Assembly (NCBI RefSeq): GCF_026571515.1
Contig: NW_026859070.1
Span: 620,001-684,000, forward strand
Direction of reading: 5' to 3'
Source: Ruditapes philippinarum
Taxonomy: Eukaryota
Length of the DNA: 64,000 nucleotides
Shown: piece after piece, positions 13,208 to 26,138 of the stretch
How positions within the stretch are numbered: position 1 is the first letter of the stretch
Layout of the letters: each line of letters starts with the position of its first letter
The notes under the pieces: model-generated
The model's input: only the letters and a program-made list of their open reading frames with translations
The model's database searches: none
What the model was told of the DNA's origin: nothing
Made by a program: the position numbers and the translations under genes

Positions 13208-14125
13208 GTGATGTGTGATATGGTCTCACTAGTGCATGAAATTGATTCAAACCAGGAAGAGGCTGATACCAGGCTGCTTTTGCATCTCTCATATTCTGCA
13301 ACATCTGGGGTAAAGTCAGCAGTTGTTGTTAGTCCAGACACAGATGTACTTGTTCTGCTTGTTTATCATTTTAACAAGCTTTGTGTTGATGAGTTGTATT
13401 TTAAGACTGGTAGAAAAAGTACTTATTCAGATCTGACAAGATATATCCCTGTTCATTCTGTAGCTGCTGCTCTATCGCCAACTGAACAGGCAATTTTGCT
13501 CCCAATATACTGTTTGACAGGATGTGACACTTGCTCCTCTTTTTTTGGAATAGGAAAGAAAAGGGTATTTCAAATGATGTTAAAACATTCAAATAATCTG
13601 TCAGGTATTTCTGAACTAGGAGAACAGCTTTGTTTGTCCAGTAATGCTATGATTGCTGCTGTTAACTTTGTTGGTTTGCTTTATGGTAGTAAAGACTGTA
13701 AATCATTGAATTCCTTGAGAACAAGTATGGTATTGGGAAAGAAAAACATAAAACCCAAAAAATTACCGCCTACAGATGACAGTTTTAGGTTACATTTACT
13801 ACGGTGTCTGTATCAAATGTGGATCTGGAGAGGTGCTTTAGAAGCACACATTGAACTACCTGATCCCTTAGATTTTGGATATATGATTGATGCAGAAACT
13901 GGACAGTTTATCCCTCAAATGATGAACCAACCCATTGCACCACCTGAACTTATCAATGATTTTGTGTGTCTTTGTTCAAATAAATGTAATGAAGACTGTA
14001 TTTGCTCTAATAATGAACAACCATGTACACAGGCATGTGAATGTAAGGGTTGTGTAGAAGAAACTGAACTTTGCCAAAATTTGTTCACAATGCTAGCTAG
14101 TATTGATAGTAATGATTTTGATTGA
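13208..14125 (+). CDS. Academ C-terminal part: XPG/FEN1-like (PIN fold, H3TH) nuclease plus Cys8 (CXC-like) finger
   Basis: Motifs SNQEEADTRLLLH, SPDTDVLVL, LTGCDTCSSFFGIGK, LPPT...H..R..YQ..IW and CLCSNKCNEDCICSNNEQPCTQACEC. Out of frame with the upstream exon, so it is a fragment. Confidence 0.85.
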   Translation: MMCDMVSLVHEIDSNQEEADTRLLLHLSYSATSGVKSAVVVSPDTDVLVLLVYHFNKLCVDELYFKTGRKSTYSDLTRYIPVHSVAAALSPTEQAILLPIYCLTGCDTCSSFFGIGKKRVFQMMLKHSNNLSGISELGEQLCLSSNAMIAAVNFVGLLYGSKDCKSLNSLRTSMVLGKKNIKPKKLPPTDDSFRLHLLRCLYQMWIWRGALEAHIELPDPLDFGYMIDAETGQFIPQMMNQPIAPPELINDFVCLCSNKCNEDCICSNNEQPCTQACECKGCVEETELCQNLFTMLASIDSNDFD

Positions 14126-17100
14126 CAAAAAAAATATTTGTCCAATATTGTTTATAAAAGTTATTCTAATATTTCTATCACAGGGTTGTTTTCATTTGCA
14201 AATCATTCAGTGCATCACATTTTGCATCTACATGTTTCTGCAAAAAGAAACTTTATAAATATCTTGGCAAAGTTTGTTGAAGGTTGAATAAGAAATAAAG
14301 AAAAATATTATTTTTTAACATATGCATGTGTATTTTGATTGGATACATCTGTTGAATGATTTTCATATCATGTAAATACATGTATAGGAGGAATGTATTT
14401 GATAAAATATGTTTCATATACATTTTCTATACTTCTGGATAATCAAACATTTAATATCATTTCATGTAAAATGTCGCTTTTTCTAGTTTCCATTAAAATA
14501 CATGTAGTAAATTACACAATGAATATAAAATTTTCTTCCAGAATTAAAGGGAATTATCTCTGAGAAACTTAAAATGATATCATTGTACCATATGTATCTT
14601 CTTTTTTATTCAAAGTCATAGAAATGAACTGCTAGTATTATTTCATAGTTTTGGTAAAACATTTTGGTAAAAATAAAAAGAAAATATTTCCTTAAAGCAA
14701 AATTTAATGTTCAAACTTTTTTACATATTGAATGACTCAGTTCTTTATTTTTTTTAATTATTAGACAATTTAATGAGAAATATTACAAGATAGTTCATAT
14801 CACTTGTGTTGTTTGTATTTCTTTTTAAAGCTGCTGTAATAAAGTTGCTTACAGTTTATTTGTGTTTTTTAAAAAAAAGTTATTTTACCCCACCCACTTA
14901 GAAATACCCATTTTTCTTGTATTGCAGGTAAATGAAAACCTTCAATGGCACATTTTTCTATGTAAAAATGTTGTTTTCTGTAATAATAGGTCAAAACACA
15001 CATATTTATTGATAAATGACATGAAAACATGAAAAAAATGTATGGGACATATTAAAAAAGGCAATTTTTATTTTTATTTTTGTCACAAATTTCTGATTTT
15101 TACTATCTAAATATATTCATTTATTCAAAAAAAGATACTTAAACTGCATTTTGATATATATCTGACACAGGAATACAATAAGAGAACAAATGCAGCAGTT
15201 TTAATGACCAAAATTTAAATAATAACAATAAATAATAGTTTTCATGTTTTTGGCGGCCATCTTGGACGCCATCTTGGATTTCTCTGTTCGCCACCATTTA
15301 TGCCAATTTATGCCGGCAGTTTTGGAAACTACAAACATTTGTGAACATTTTGGTATATGACATGTCTTGTTAAAAGATGGGTCCGGGTACCCCCTATAAA
15401 TAGGCTAGTTTTTTCGTAATTGTCACCCTTCTATACTGTAAAATATATAAAGATAGAATATTAAGAAATTCACTCTTTTTTTCATATTAAAGATTTCTTT
15501 TTAACGTATTTGTTCATGCACATGAACTCATTCTACTTGTCTCATAAGTCAATTTCACAAACTGTTAACACTCCTTAGAACGAACTATTGCGAATGAGAT
15601 TTGCAAACATTCACGACACTCTAGTTCATCAAAGCAGATTTTCAGAGACATTTGTCAGATAATGAATTTAATCCCATGCTAATACGATTCTGTTTACAGG
15701 TTATTCCTATTTAGGAATCTAAGTCCATCTGCTTGACATTATAAAGCATAGACGGAATTCATTGATGCAAATAAATACCAATGTTAAAGGTTAATAAACT
15801 AGAACACAACATGGACGATGCATGAATTCTCTTATTTGTTTTCCATTCATTAAGTGGATCTCTTATCATTCCAGTCCTGCCTCTTGCGTCAAATGTTCAA
15901 TTTAATTCATTGATACTTAATTAATTGAAAAAGTAATTATTCATGACTATTTAAACCTAAACGTTCAGATGAAACAAAACCCTACGAATTCGGTATTTCT
16001 TTTAAATTCCTTTCTTATCATTTGCAAACATAAAAAGGCTTATTGACTTCATTTAAAGTCAGGAAATTATGTTTTTTGATACTACTGATAATATCTTACA
16101 ATATTACAGAATTGAGAATCCTTTTCGACTCATCAATAATCTTTTTTTTTCAGAAAGTAAGCTAATGTTTTACTTAGTAGAAGTATTAAATACGCGAAGA
16201 ACAGTTATTATAATAATTATATGATTCTAATCAAGTTACAGGTTGAACATTTTTAAAGGAAATACAATGAGGTTGTTTCAAAATGACGGGCCTAGAATGT
16301 TTGCACGTGTCTTCTTCTACCATTTGATGAAAAATTTTACAATGCTTGTGTGTGCAAAATTTCAGATCAATCAATCACTAGGTTTTGATAATTCTCTGCG
16401 CAAATTAACCTAATACAAAAAACAATGATAGAGCTCTAAGTTCGGACTAAAGATGCCACAACATTCATATCTGGATTTAGTTTATTTAATTCAGGTGACT
16501 GTACTGCAAATCAACGGCATTTTACTAAATGTTCATTATATAGCATGATGTACATCATCTTATATATGACAACAAACATATGACATCTAATGAAATTATT
16601 ACAAAAGGCAAACATTTATAAAATAATTATGACAAGAGTATCGCATCAGTTGTAAATATATCATACCATGAACATCACAATCACATCTACTCATTTACTT
16701 TATATTAATGTTAACTGTTTTGCCTTGCAAGCTTTTTTGTAGACGCATAATCAGTGCTTAAAGTATTTAATGCATAATTTTGAAAATGTTATAAAAATCT
16801 TGGAAAAATGTAGGCAGATTTTTTAGTGACTTAATATGAACATTTACACAATGAATAACATTATTCTGTTTTAGAAAAATATATTTTCTGCCATATATAG
16901 ATATGTCATATGGGATCATGTTTCAAACATGTTGACAACAAGTTCAATATATACTTATTTTGTGGTTTGTTGCCATGTATGATTATAAATACTAAAATAG
17001 AGAAAATAAGTTTTGATGGTATCACATACCTTCCATCATTGCCAATATCACTTTATATTTGATTTTTACACATAATATGGATAGCATCGCTTAAATATCT

Positions 17101-17763
17101 TTCATTTTCTGATAAACAATTTATTAATTAAAATGTGTATTAAAGAGGAATTCGGTTACCTTGTTCACAAAAAAATTCGTTAAGATTTATTTACTTGTTT
17201 TCTTCCTTCTTTTATCTATATTTGTCTTTTTATCATAATACATTCAGGATGATAATTTAGAAACTGATACGGTGTGGTAAAAATGGTCATTTTAAATATT
17301 ACCTGACATCTACGACAAGCGTCTGATGTCAAAACAAATTAATACAACATTGACACAATAATGGAACAACAGGAAATTGTTTATCATTTTTCAGCACAAT
17401 CCGCTATGTAAGATAATTTATCTTAGCACGAACCACCAGACAAATTGCAAGTTGAACAATGTATATTTAATGTTTGTATACGACACAAATGTTTATTTTC
17501 CTTTATACGAAGACTGTTCGATAAATTGGAGGAATTTGCAGTAACTCTTTCATATTTTAATATTGTCTCGTTATAATGTATAATTGTAACACGTATACTT
17601 TTTGAAAACTTAAGAACGTTCTCAATTAACGCTCAATATTCTCGTAAACATAGTAACCTGTTTCTTTGTTTGTTGTCGGGCTCCATTTTTAACCGTTATA
17701 ATTCATAATTCTTAAATTATAAATGCAAAAAAAAAAATTTTGGAATATAAAAAAATGACAATC

Positions 17764-18340
17764 TCAATAGACATTTAAAGCCGTTGCTATTATAGGATTC
17801 GTTACGGAAACTGTCGTTTTAGTCTCGCCGGTGTAAGAATTACTGTTGTAAATTTGTGTGTTGTGCTTGGTAAACCGCCCAAAGGAGAATATAGACCTGT
17901 CTGAAGAGCCGGCGCGTTCAAGTTCTTGAGGCATTTGTATAAGAGTGGCATGAACGGTTCTCGAAAGGCAACAGGTATTAGTATCTACCCGCACCATAGT
18001 TACAGCACTGTCTATCGACTGGCTTCATTATTTTCAAGAGTTTACTTTTAATGACAGGGAAATGTATAATGATTGAAAATCATATTCAGATGATCGTACA
18101 TAGGTTATTTTTTCTGGGTTTCATATTGTGATGACAGTGAAAGTGTTTATACTTTTCCTATTAAACAAAATGAAAGAGCATCAAAACAATTGGCATTCTG
18201 TTTTGTACTCGAGGCCTACGTCCCCTCGTGCAAAGCAAATAGTTTTGTGTTTCGGCGCTCTTTCTATTACTTCCATTACAGTTCCTGATACGAGGTCTAT
18301 TAAAAAGTCAAGAGCTCTCGACAGATGAGATAGGAACATA
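17764..18340 (-). pseudogene. Decayed coding-like segment of unknown protein, copy 2
   Basis: Minus strand MFLSHLSRALDFLIDLVSGTVMEVIERAPKHKTICFA...FDALSFCLIGK...PMYDHLNMIFNHYTFPC...PLLYKCLKNL, homologous to 2072-2560. Confidence 0.4.
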
Positions 18341-21300
18341 TGAATGATTTTATTGTATCCCCAAATAGCATATGAATAATGATTTGGTGGCCACTTGCGC
18401 TATGAAGTAAAACAACAACAATTTCATTATTATTTTAAATACTTGATGTGCTATAATCGTGACATGTCAATTGTATTGAATTATTCATATATCATCACAT
18501 AGCATGGTAGCTGTTCATATCATTAACAATATTACATGTACTTATATTTCTGAAATTTTCAAAAAGATATTAAAGATTAATTGCTAATCAGTTTCATCGC
18601 CTTTAGCCAGATTTGTTAATTACACGTAGCAGTGCCATGTTCAATCAGGCAAATGTCTGGTTTAAGTTACGAATTCCCATGACGAAATATCGACTGTCGT
18701 GTTAACAATCTCCAGAGCCACTAATCTGATCACGTCTGTTCTCACCAAAAACGTTCCCTGAAGCAATGATTGTTCTGACAATTTACTAATGTATAAGTCA
18801 AAGTGACGTGGTTTCACTTAACATACACGTTTATTCAAGAGTTGTCCAATACATTGAATTGATAAAGCTGCGAAACAGTTGAATGCATTTAGTATTGATA
18901 TTCGATATAAGAATAAGGTGAGGGCCTTATGACTTTTGGCCAGGTCATGTTGTATATTTTGCAAATGGGCTACATAAAAATATCGTACCTTTTTCCTATT
19001 AAATTGCTAAAACATCTTTAACATATATGTCAAATGCTGCTGTGTTATGCGAAGTATTTGATGCTTTAATAATCTCCTGAGATATTCGAAATATTGACAA
19101 CAATTCAATGATCGACCACTATTCAAGCTTTTAAGATTAGGTCAGGCGAACCAGTGTAATAATTCTTGCAAACGAGTATAACAAAGTGTATGTTTAACAT
19201 AAAATCTAACTTAATTTATAGTTTACAGATAAACATGTATATATATTCCTGTCGATGCTTTTGGTAACGTCAAAATTATATTCTTATGAATACGTTTTTA
19301 TACAACTATTTGTTATCATCACCGATGCCTTGATCTAACAATAAACCCCCAATTAAAACTGATGTTCTAAAAAAACAAGAGAAAATAGGTAACTCCTCTA
19401 TAATAAAATCAATAAAATATTTTGTTTCATTGCGTGACTTTTATCTGAAAAAAATATAATGTAAATGTACTGTTTTGGAGGTTATCAGCCGCTTTGTTCA
19501 AGTTCTATTTTGATTTGCCTGAACTTCCGAAAGCTCACCACATGATACTGTTCAATTTAATATATCATATATGAAGGGAAAGATGTGTTGTTTATTGACA
19601 CAAGGTGGCTGTACTATATCGTTAAGGCTACATACTACAAATTATTATCATTATTTGAAAATTGTACGAATAAATTCATTTGCCTGATTTATGTCCTGAT
19701 TCATATGTTACATTCTTGATGGGTTAAAGATGCAATGACTTGTGAATGCTATTGTATGTTCTTTCGTACAAACGAATATTCTGATTAAATACATTTATTT
19801 AAAGATGATGAAAGGAATGTACAATATGTTTTAGTGATATCAAAAGAGATTTAAATGTACACCGCGCAGTCTTTTATTACAGAGAACACAGTGATGCTGA
19901 TTTATATATTTGTCATTGAAAGATCGTCAATTATGAGTGCATATCAACTTATTGAAAATTCGAAAATGTTCGGAAAAATGTCAAAACCGTATGCTTTTTA
20001 CTAGAATATGGGAACAATTCTTTATAAATGTTTTAATATTTATCACGTTAAGCGAATCTCATACTTTTTATTATTTTAGTTGCATTCCTAGAACTCGCAC
20101 TTTATATAAAAAACAACAACAACAAAAAAACCAACAAAACAAACACACAAAACCACACAAACGTTGTTAATACTGTTATGTTTCTGTAGCAACTAAACAA
20201 AATATTGAAGATTTATATAATCAAACTATAAAAAATAATAAAAACAATTATGTTTAGTTTTGTATTTTTATATTTCTCTATTTTAAAAACATGTACTTTA
20301 TGATAGATTTTTCTGAATAGAAATAAGACTCCGTAATGTTTTGGATAAAAATATACGAACGGTATTTATAATTATGAACTTGTATAGCGAATAGTATTTT
20401 ATTGTATAAGTTAGCGCTAATAAATGTTATTGTTCCTTTTGAATTATATCTACTCAATATTACATTTTGACAAACATGATATTATATGTTTTGAAAAAGG
20501 AATATTTTACGTTATGCATTTCACATTTTAGATTTATCTTATTTTATCGTAAATATGGAAAACGCTTCATTGCCTTTCCTATCAAATCTAAGTAAAAAGC
20601 TGCCGACAGAACAATGAAATCGAGATAATTTATATGTCCTTACGGAATAATTTGACAGGTTTGACAGTAAGCTATTGACATATATGGAGTTTGTTCAAGG
20701 TAAATCAATATCGGAATTCTAAGAAGGTTGTTTTCTATAGCTATAATTATGCCTTTTTTCGTTGTAACCTAACGTATGATTTACAATATTGATTACAATT
20801 TATATCACCTGTGAGACAAATGAATAATGCTTTATAAGAAGTTATAAAACATTCAGGGAAAGCAAGATGTTGTAGAAAATTCCTGCTATACAACATTAAT
20901 GTTTCTGTGTGTTTTTTTAAATATTCCCATGTCGTGCAGTTAAACCTTTTCTAGATAACGTTAATCAATTGAGTTAAATTCAATAATTGTTTCTGACAAA
21001 AACAAAAATGTACAAACACATGATTGTGACAAAAAAGATGTCTTTGAAATACTTGTTTTCCGGTACAAAAAGGCCCGTCGGATTAAAGATAATTTCTCAA
21101 GTATGGGGTAATATCTCATAACGCTGCATTTAATCAGTACCATATTGTTCCTTTAAAAAGTATCTGTACATTGATGAGTGCATCAATAAAGGTAATTGAT
21201 TAACACGACAATGCTGGCTTTATCTGATCTTAAATGCATGCAAGACATTTACTTCATTTAAATCTGCATATACTTACGTATATCAGAAAGATGATGTGTT

Positions 21301-22587
21301 GCCCTGGTAACTGACGAAATAAGTGTAAGTTGATAAACAATTAACAACATATTGGTTGAAAATATTCAAATAGATAGCAATACAGCTACAACATAGTAAA
21401 CTTTCATCGATTTTTCAAAGTAAAATAAAATATATAAAGATTAAAGCTGTACAAATTTGTATCAGTGATCATAATAAGGTATATACAGAATCAAATTATC
21501 CCTGAAAGAAGAAACATACGTGATAAATGTGTTTCCATGTGTAAAGGTATATATCATGAAACTAACTTAATTAGAGCCTTGGCATTCGGTTACACTTATT
21601 TTCGTTGTAATTGTATTAGGTTGTACAGAGTATGTGAAAGATACCACTCGCACAGTGTTCTAATAAATTTGCAGAAAATTTATTATTGTACCAATAAGCA
21701 GGCACACTTATTCGCCAGGAAAGTTGATTAGCAGTTTTTGTATGGTGACAGGTGCTGAGATAGTGGTAAGAATTTAAAAACACAAATAATTAGAACATTT
21801 ACTAACACAATAATTAAATAACTGCCTTCCATTGCCGCTTATGTATGAATCGTCAACTTCATAAAATAAATAAATATTTATCGCATATTTTGAAATATGA
21901 CACGCATGCTTTTGAAATGTATCAATCGAGTGGACCATGTAAGAACCCCTAAACTTTTATTAAAGGATTGACTCAATTTGTTCTTTATAGCATTGCTCTT
22001 ACAAATTAGATTTTTCATGAAAAGAGGTGTTATACGATTATGACTTGTTTGTGTACAAAATTGTGAAGTTTAAAAAAGCCGTTTTTTTTTTACTACATTA
22101 TGGAATGTGATTCTGTGTATGTATGCATTTATGCATGTCGCAAGTTTGCTTATGTTTCCCGCTATTGTTGGTCTTTTACATATATTGAAAATAAATCTTG
22201 AAATCTTTATGTTGATTATTTCGAATAAGTTTTGTTTGACTGCAAATTATCAGCTGACATGTTATTTTAATTTTCTGAATCAGATGTGAAAGAAAAACAA
22301 ACAACACAAATTATCAAGTAATAATCGCTACAATTGAGATAAAGATTTTAAATTTCCTTTCAAACTTCACAATCAATTATATGCACTGATCTTGGCATAA
22401 TACTAGTTTTCAATACCATTTATCAATTTTGTCCTGCAGACATTTGTTCGTTGTGAGATAATCCTACCTTTCTTATATGATAATTCATATTATGTTGTAT
22501 GTTAATTAAAAAAACGTATGTCATCAAGGGTATTGGTATGTTGCCATAAGCTAAGACAGTTGCCCAAACATTAAACCAACTGCATTG

Positions 22588-22663
22588 TATTTGTACTTGC
22601 TATTTTTGCCTTACATTTGTGTATATTATTTGTACTTGCTATTTTTGCCTTACATTTGTGTAT
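22588..22663. repeat. Local 39-bp tandem duplication
   Basis: tatttgtacttgctatttttgccttacatttgtgtat occurs twice in tandem; single in duplicate copy 1. Confidence 0.9.
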
Positions 22664-24577
22664 AAGCCATGAATTAAACCAGCATTGCACACACAGTCTC
22701 TGATTAAGATCATTGTTATCAATTGCATACATTGTAAAAACGTGGACGCAGATAACCCTTCTGACAAGTTAAGTAGGCCACAGAGTTCGTGTTATGAACA
22801 ATTAAGATGAGAATGTCGAGATAAAAACGCTTTAAACAAACCAGATACCTATGTATGGGAATACAATAAATAATTACATTTAAAAATGAGTATTTACTGC
22901 GTTAACATATGAGAATCACTGTAAAGTTTATTGCATTAGAATGCATATTTCTTAGATATGCAAATTCCATACAGTATGTAGGATTATTCTGAGAGTTTTT
23001 CTTGTTTAAAATTGACAGATTATTCCTAAATGTGCATGTTTGTCTTAAGATATACAAAAATGTTTCTGGCGTAAAGATGTCTAGTCATTCTAAACTTACC
23101 GCTATTAAAGTAAATTTACTCATAATTGTAGATCTTGTATTCACATACCAATAGATTATGATGTTCAACCCCGATCACCCAACTCACCTGTAATATTAAT
23201 GTCATGTTATGCTTATAACATGCTTTAAGTTGCCGTAACATCGAATAACATTGTACCATAATTTACAAAAATATGCAAAGTTAACATAATATAATAATGA
23301 AGTATAATAAACACAAGTCAGACCAAGTTATTTTGGTGAAGAAAAAAAAGATTGAAAAAGGTTTGATTATATTTTTCTGTGTTGCTATCTTGCTCTTTTT
23401 CGTATGAAGGATACATTTTTAAAATTTACTTGCCCGCGATTGTGTTTTCTGTCTATTGTTTAAATGAAAATCAAAATCATGTAAGGTAATATTATTTGAT
23501 TTAACGACAAAATCTAGACGTGAAGTTGAATGTACAGTTGTTGTAGGTCAGAAACCGCACTACTTATAGCTTATAAATTTACTAATACCTTTGGATATAA
23601 ATAGCTCACATTGTATGAACAATGACTATTGTATTGACAAATGACATTGTGTATAGAATAGATAATTATTCCGTTTCAGAGCATTGACCTTTGCATGAAT
23701 GTTGATAAACACAGGCAGGACCCAAAATTGAAATAAGTAAAATGAAAAACGAACGCATGTTCACAATTTGAAATAATTTGTTTATTCTCAAATGCCTATG
23801 TTTTGTAAATTATATCCATAAAAACTTATCTAAGTTCAAATTATATAATTATGTCTTTATAACGTTTTGACAATGCGTTGTAATAGTTTTTACTTTTATA
23901 TTTAACTAAAATATCTCGTTGCGTTGTCATTATATCTACGTTCTTCAATTTTCTTGCCTCAATCTAATATAAAGACTTATATTTGTTAAATCATTAAGAA
24001 TATAAAACACTTTCGTTTTAACTTCTTTTTTACTTGCACAATAATGATTTCCTAATCATAAACATTGTGTTAACATAATACAAACATGTTGTACAGATAA
24101 TTATCTATCAATTTTGATACGAATTTTAAAATATAACATTTTTTTTATCTTATATTGATCAAATCGTATGTATGTACTGTAACAGCAAAGTAAAGGTCCG
24201 ATACATTTTTATTTGTTGTTAGATATTTTTATATTGAACCGTCCAATGAAATGATAAATACAGAATACTGTCGGACGTGCGATGCAAATATATATTCTAT
24301 ACTAACAAGTATAACAAAAGATGGGTATCATGCCGAACACGCTTGATAATATTGCACTGTTGAGTAATATTATAAAAAAATGCCTAAGTTCCCTCCAGTC
24401 GATGATTGCCATTTATTACTGGAGACCTGTAAAAACTGTTTATGGTCTTTTTATGAGTTCATCTGAATGCGTACAACGCAGTGTCAAACATTTATAAATG
24501 TTGACAAAAAAAAGACTACAATATAACCTAATAGATATGGTTTTAATATAAAGAATTGTTGCATAAAATTTGGACTA

Positions 24578-26138
24578 TTTTTAGCTCACCTGTCACAAAG
24601 TGTGAGCTTTTGTGATCGCTTTTCGTCCGGCGTCCGTCGTCTGTCCGTAAACTTTTACTTTAAATGACATCTCCTTATAAACCGCTGAGCCAATATCATC
24701 CAAACTTCACAGGAATGTTCCTTTGGTGGTCACCTTTAATTGTTCAAAGAATTTAATTCCATGCAGAACTCTGGTTGCCATGACAACCGATAGAAACAAC
24801 TTAAAATATCTTCTTTTAAAAAACCCAAAGAGGTAGAGCTTAGGTTTTTGGCATAAAACATCTTCTAGTGAGTGTCTATCAAGTTTGTTCAAATAAAAGC
24901 CCTAGGGTCAAAATTGGCCCCGCCCCGGGGGTCATTGATTTTCCCTATATGCATATAGTAAAAACTTAAAATATCTTCTTTTAAAGAACCCAAAGAGCTA
25001 GAGCTAAGATATTTAGCATGAAACATCTTCTAATGGGTGTCTACCAATGTTGTTCAAATAAAAGCCCTGGGGTCAAAATTGGCCCCGCCCCAGGGGGTCA
25101 TTGATTTCCCCTATATGCATAAAGTAAAAACTTATAAAATCTTCTTTTAAAGAACCCAAAGAGCTAGAGCTAAGATATTTAGCATGAAAAATGTTCTAAT
25201 GAGTGTCTACCAAGTTTGTTCAAATAAAAGCCCTAGGGTCAAAATTGGCCCCGGGCGGTCATTGATTTTCCCTATATGCATATAGTAAAAACTTATAAAA
25301 TCTTCTTTTAAAGAACCCAGAGAGCTAGAGCTAAGATATTTAGCATGAAACATCTCTTAATAGGTGTCTATCAAGTTTGTTCAAATAAAAGCCCTTGGGT
25401 CAAAATTGGCCCCGCCCAAGGGGGTCATTGATTTTCCCTATATGCATATAGTAAAAACTTTTAAAATCTTCTTTTTAAGAACCCAAAGAGCTAGAGCTAA
25501 GATATTTAGCATGAACCATGTTCTAATGGGTGTCTACCAAATTTGTTCAAATAAGAGCCCTGGGGTCAAAATTTGCCCTGTCCTGGGGGTCATTGATTTT
25601 CCATATATGTGTCAAGCAAAAACTTTAAATTAAAAATTCTTTGAAAAAAAAAACAAATAGCTAGAGTTTAGATACTAAGCATGAAACATCTTCTAGTGAG
25701 TGTCTACAAAGTTTTTTTCAAATAAAAGCCCTTGGGTCAAAATTGGCCCTGCCCCGGGAGTCATTGATTTTATTTATGTGTATAGAAAAACTTTAAAATC
25801 TCCTTTAAAAAAACAGAATAGCTAGAGTTTAGATATATCAAGCATGAAACATCTTCTAGTGAGTGTCTCCAAAGTTTGTTCAAATAAAAGCACTGGGGTC
25901 AAAACTGGCCCCGTCGTAGGGGTGTCATTGCTTTTAACTATATGTGTATAGTTAAAACTTAAAAAATCTTTTTTTTTTAAAAAACTCAACGAGCTAGTCC
26001 TCAGATGTTTAGCGTGAAATATCTTCTAATGGGTGTCAACCAAGTTTGTTCAAATAAAAGCCCTGGGGTTTAAACTGGCCCCACCCTGGGGGCCTATATA
26101 CAGGTGAGCGACTTCCGGGCCATCATGGCCCTCTTGTT
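24578..26138 (+). mobile_element. Helentron-associated non-autonomous element (HINE / pearl-like) with internal satellite array
   Basis: 5' ttttAGCTCACCTG, a short (c/t)gtc microsatellite, a tandem array, then 3' CAGGTGAGCG (subterminal inverted repeat), palindrome gggccatcatggccc and tcttgtttt. Sits in a T-run with no TSD. Confidence 0.85.
24800..26095. repeat. Tandem array of 8 units of ~165 bp inside the HINE
   Basis: Anchor caaataa(a/g)agc recurs near 24890, 25055, 25221, 25382, 25548, 25718, 25881 and 26051. Confidence 0.95.

Larger units (their letters stand above)
9580..15433 (+). mobile_element. Academ (AcademX-type) DNA transposon, internally deleted and defective
   Basis: Imperfect TIRs of ~165-185 bp (9580-9745 and ~15250-15433): termini TGGTAGGGTGACAAT / ATTGTCACCCTTCTA and a near-identical core (cccggacccat...caaaatgttcacaaatgtttgtagtttccaaaactgccggcataaa...gatggcgtccaagat). 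Encodes transposase motifs, an XPG-like nuclease and a Cys8 finger, the described AcademX architecture. No clean 3-4 bp TSD (tta vs tac). Confidence 0.82.
16469..23426. repeat. Segmental duplication, copy 2 (paralogous to 481-8466)
   Basis: Same anchors in the same order as copy 1. Confidence 0.92.

Noticed and set aside
11014-14145. Minus-strand and alternate-frame ORFs overlapping the Academ gene
   Set aside because: Antisense or shifted shadows of the real coding frames, with no recognisable motifs.
9577-15436. TA target-site duplication for the Academ element
   Set aside because: Only 2 bp in AT-rich DNA. The 3-bp flanks differ (tta vs tac), so no TSD is claimed.
24800-26095. Regular repeats resembling a CRISPR array; ORFs 24707-24892 and 25364-25633
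   Set aside because: Whole ~165-bp units repeat with no unique spacers, there are no cas genes and the context is eukaryotic. The ORFs are by-products of the satellite.
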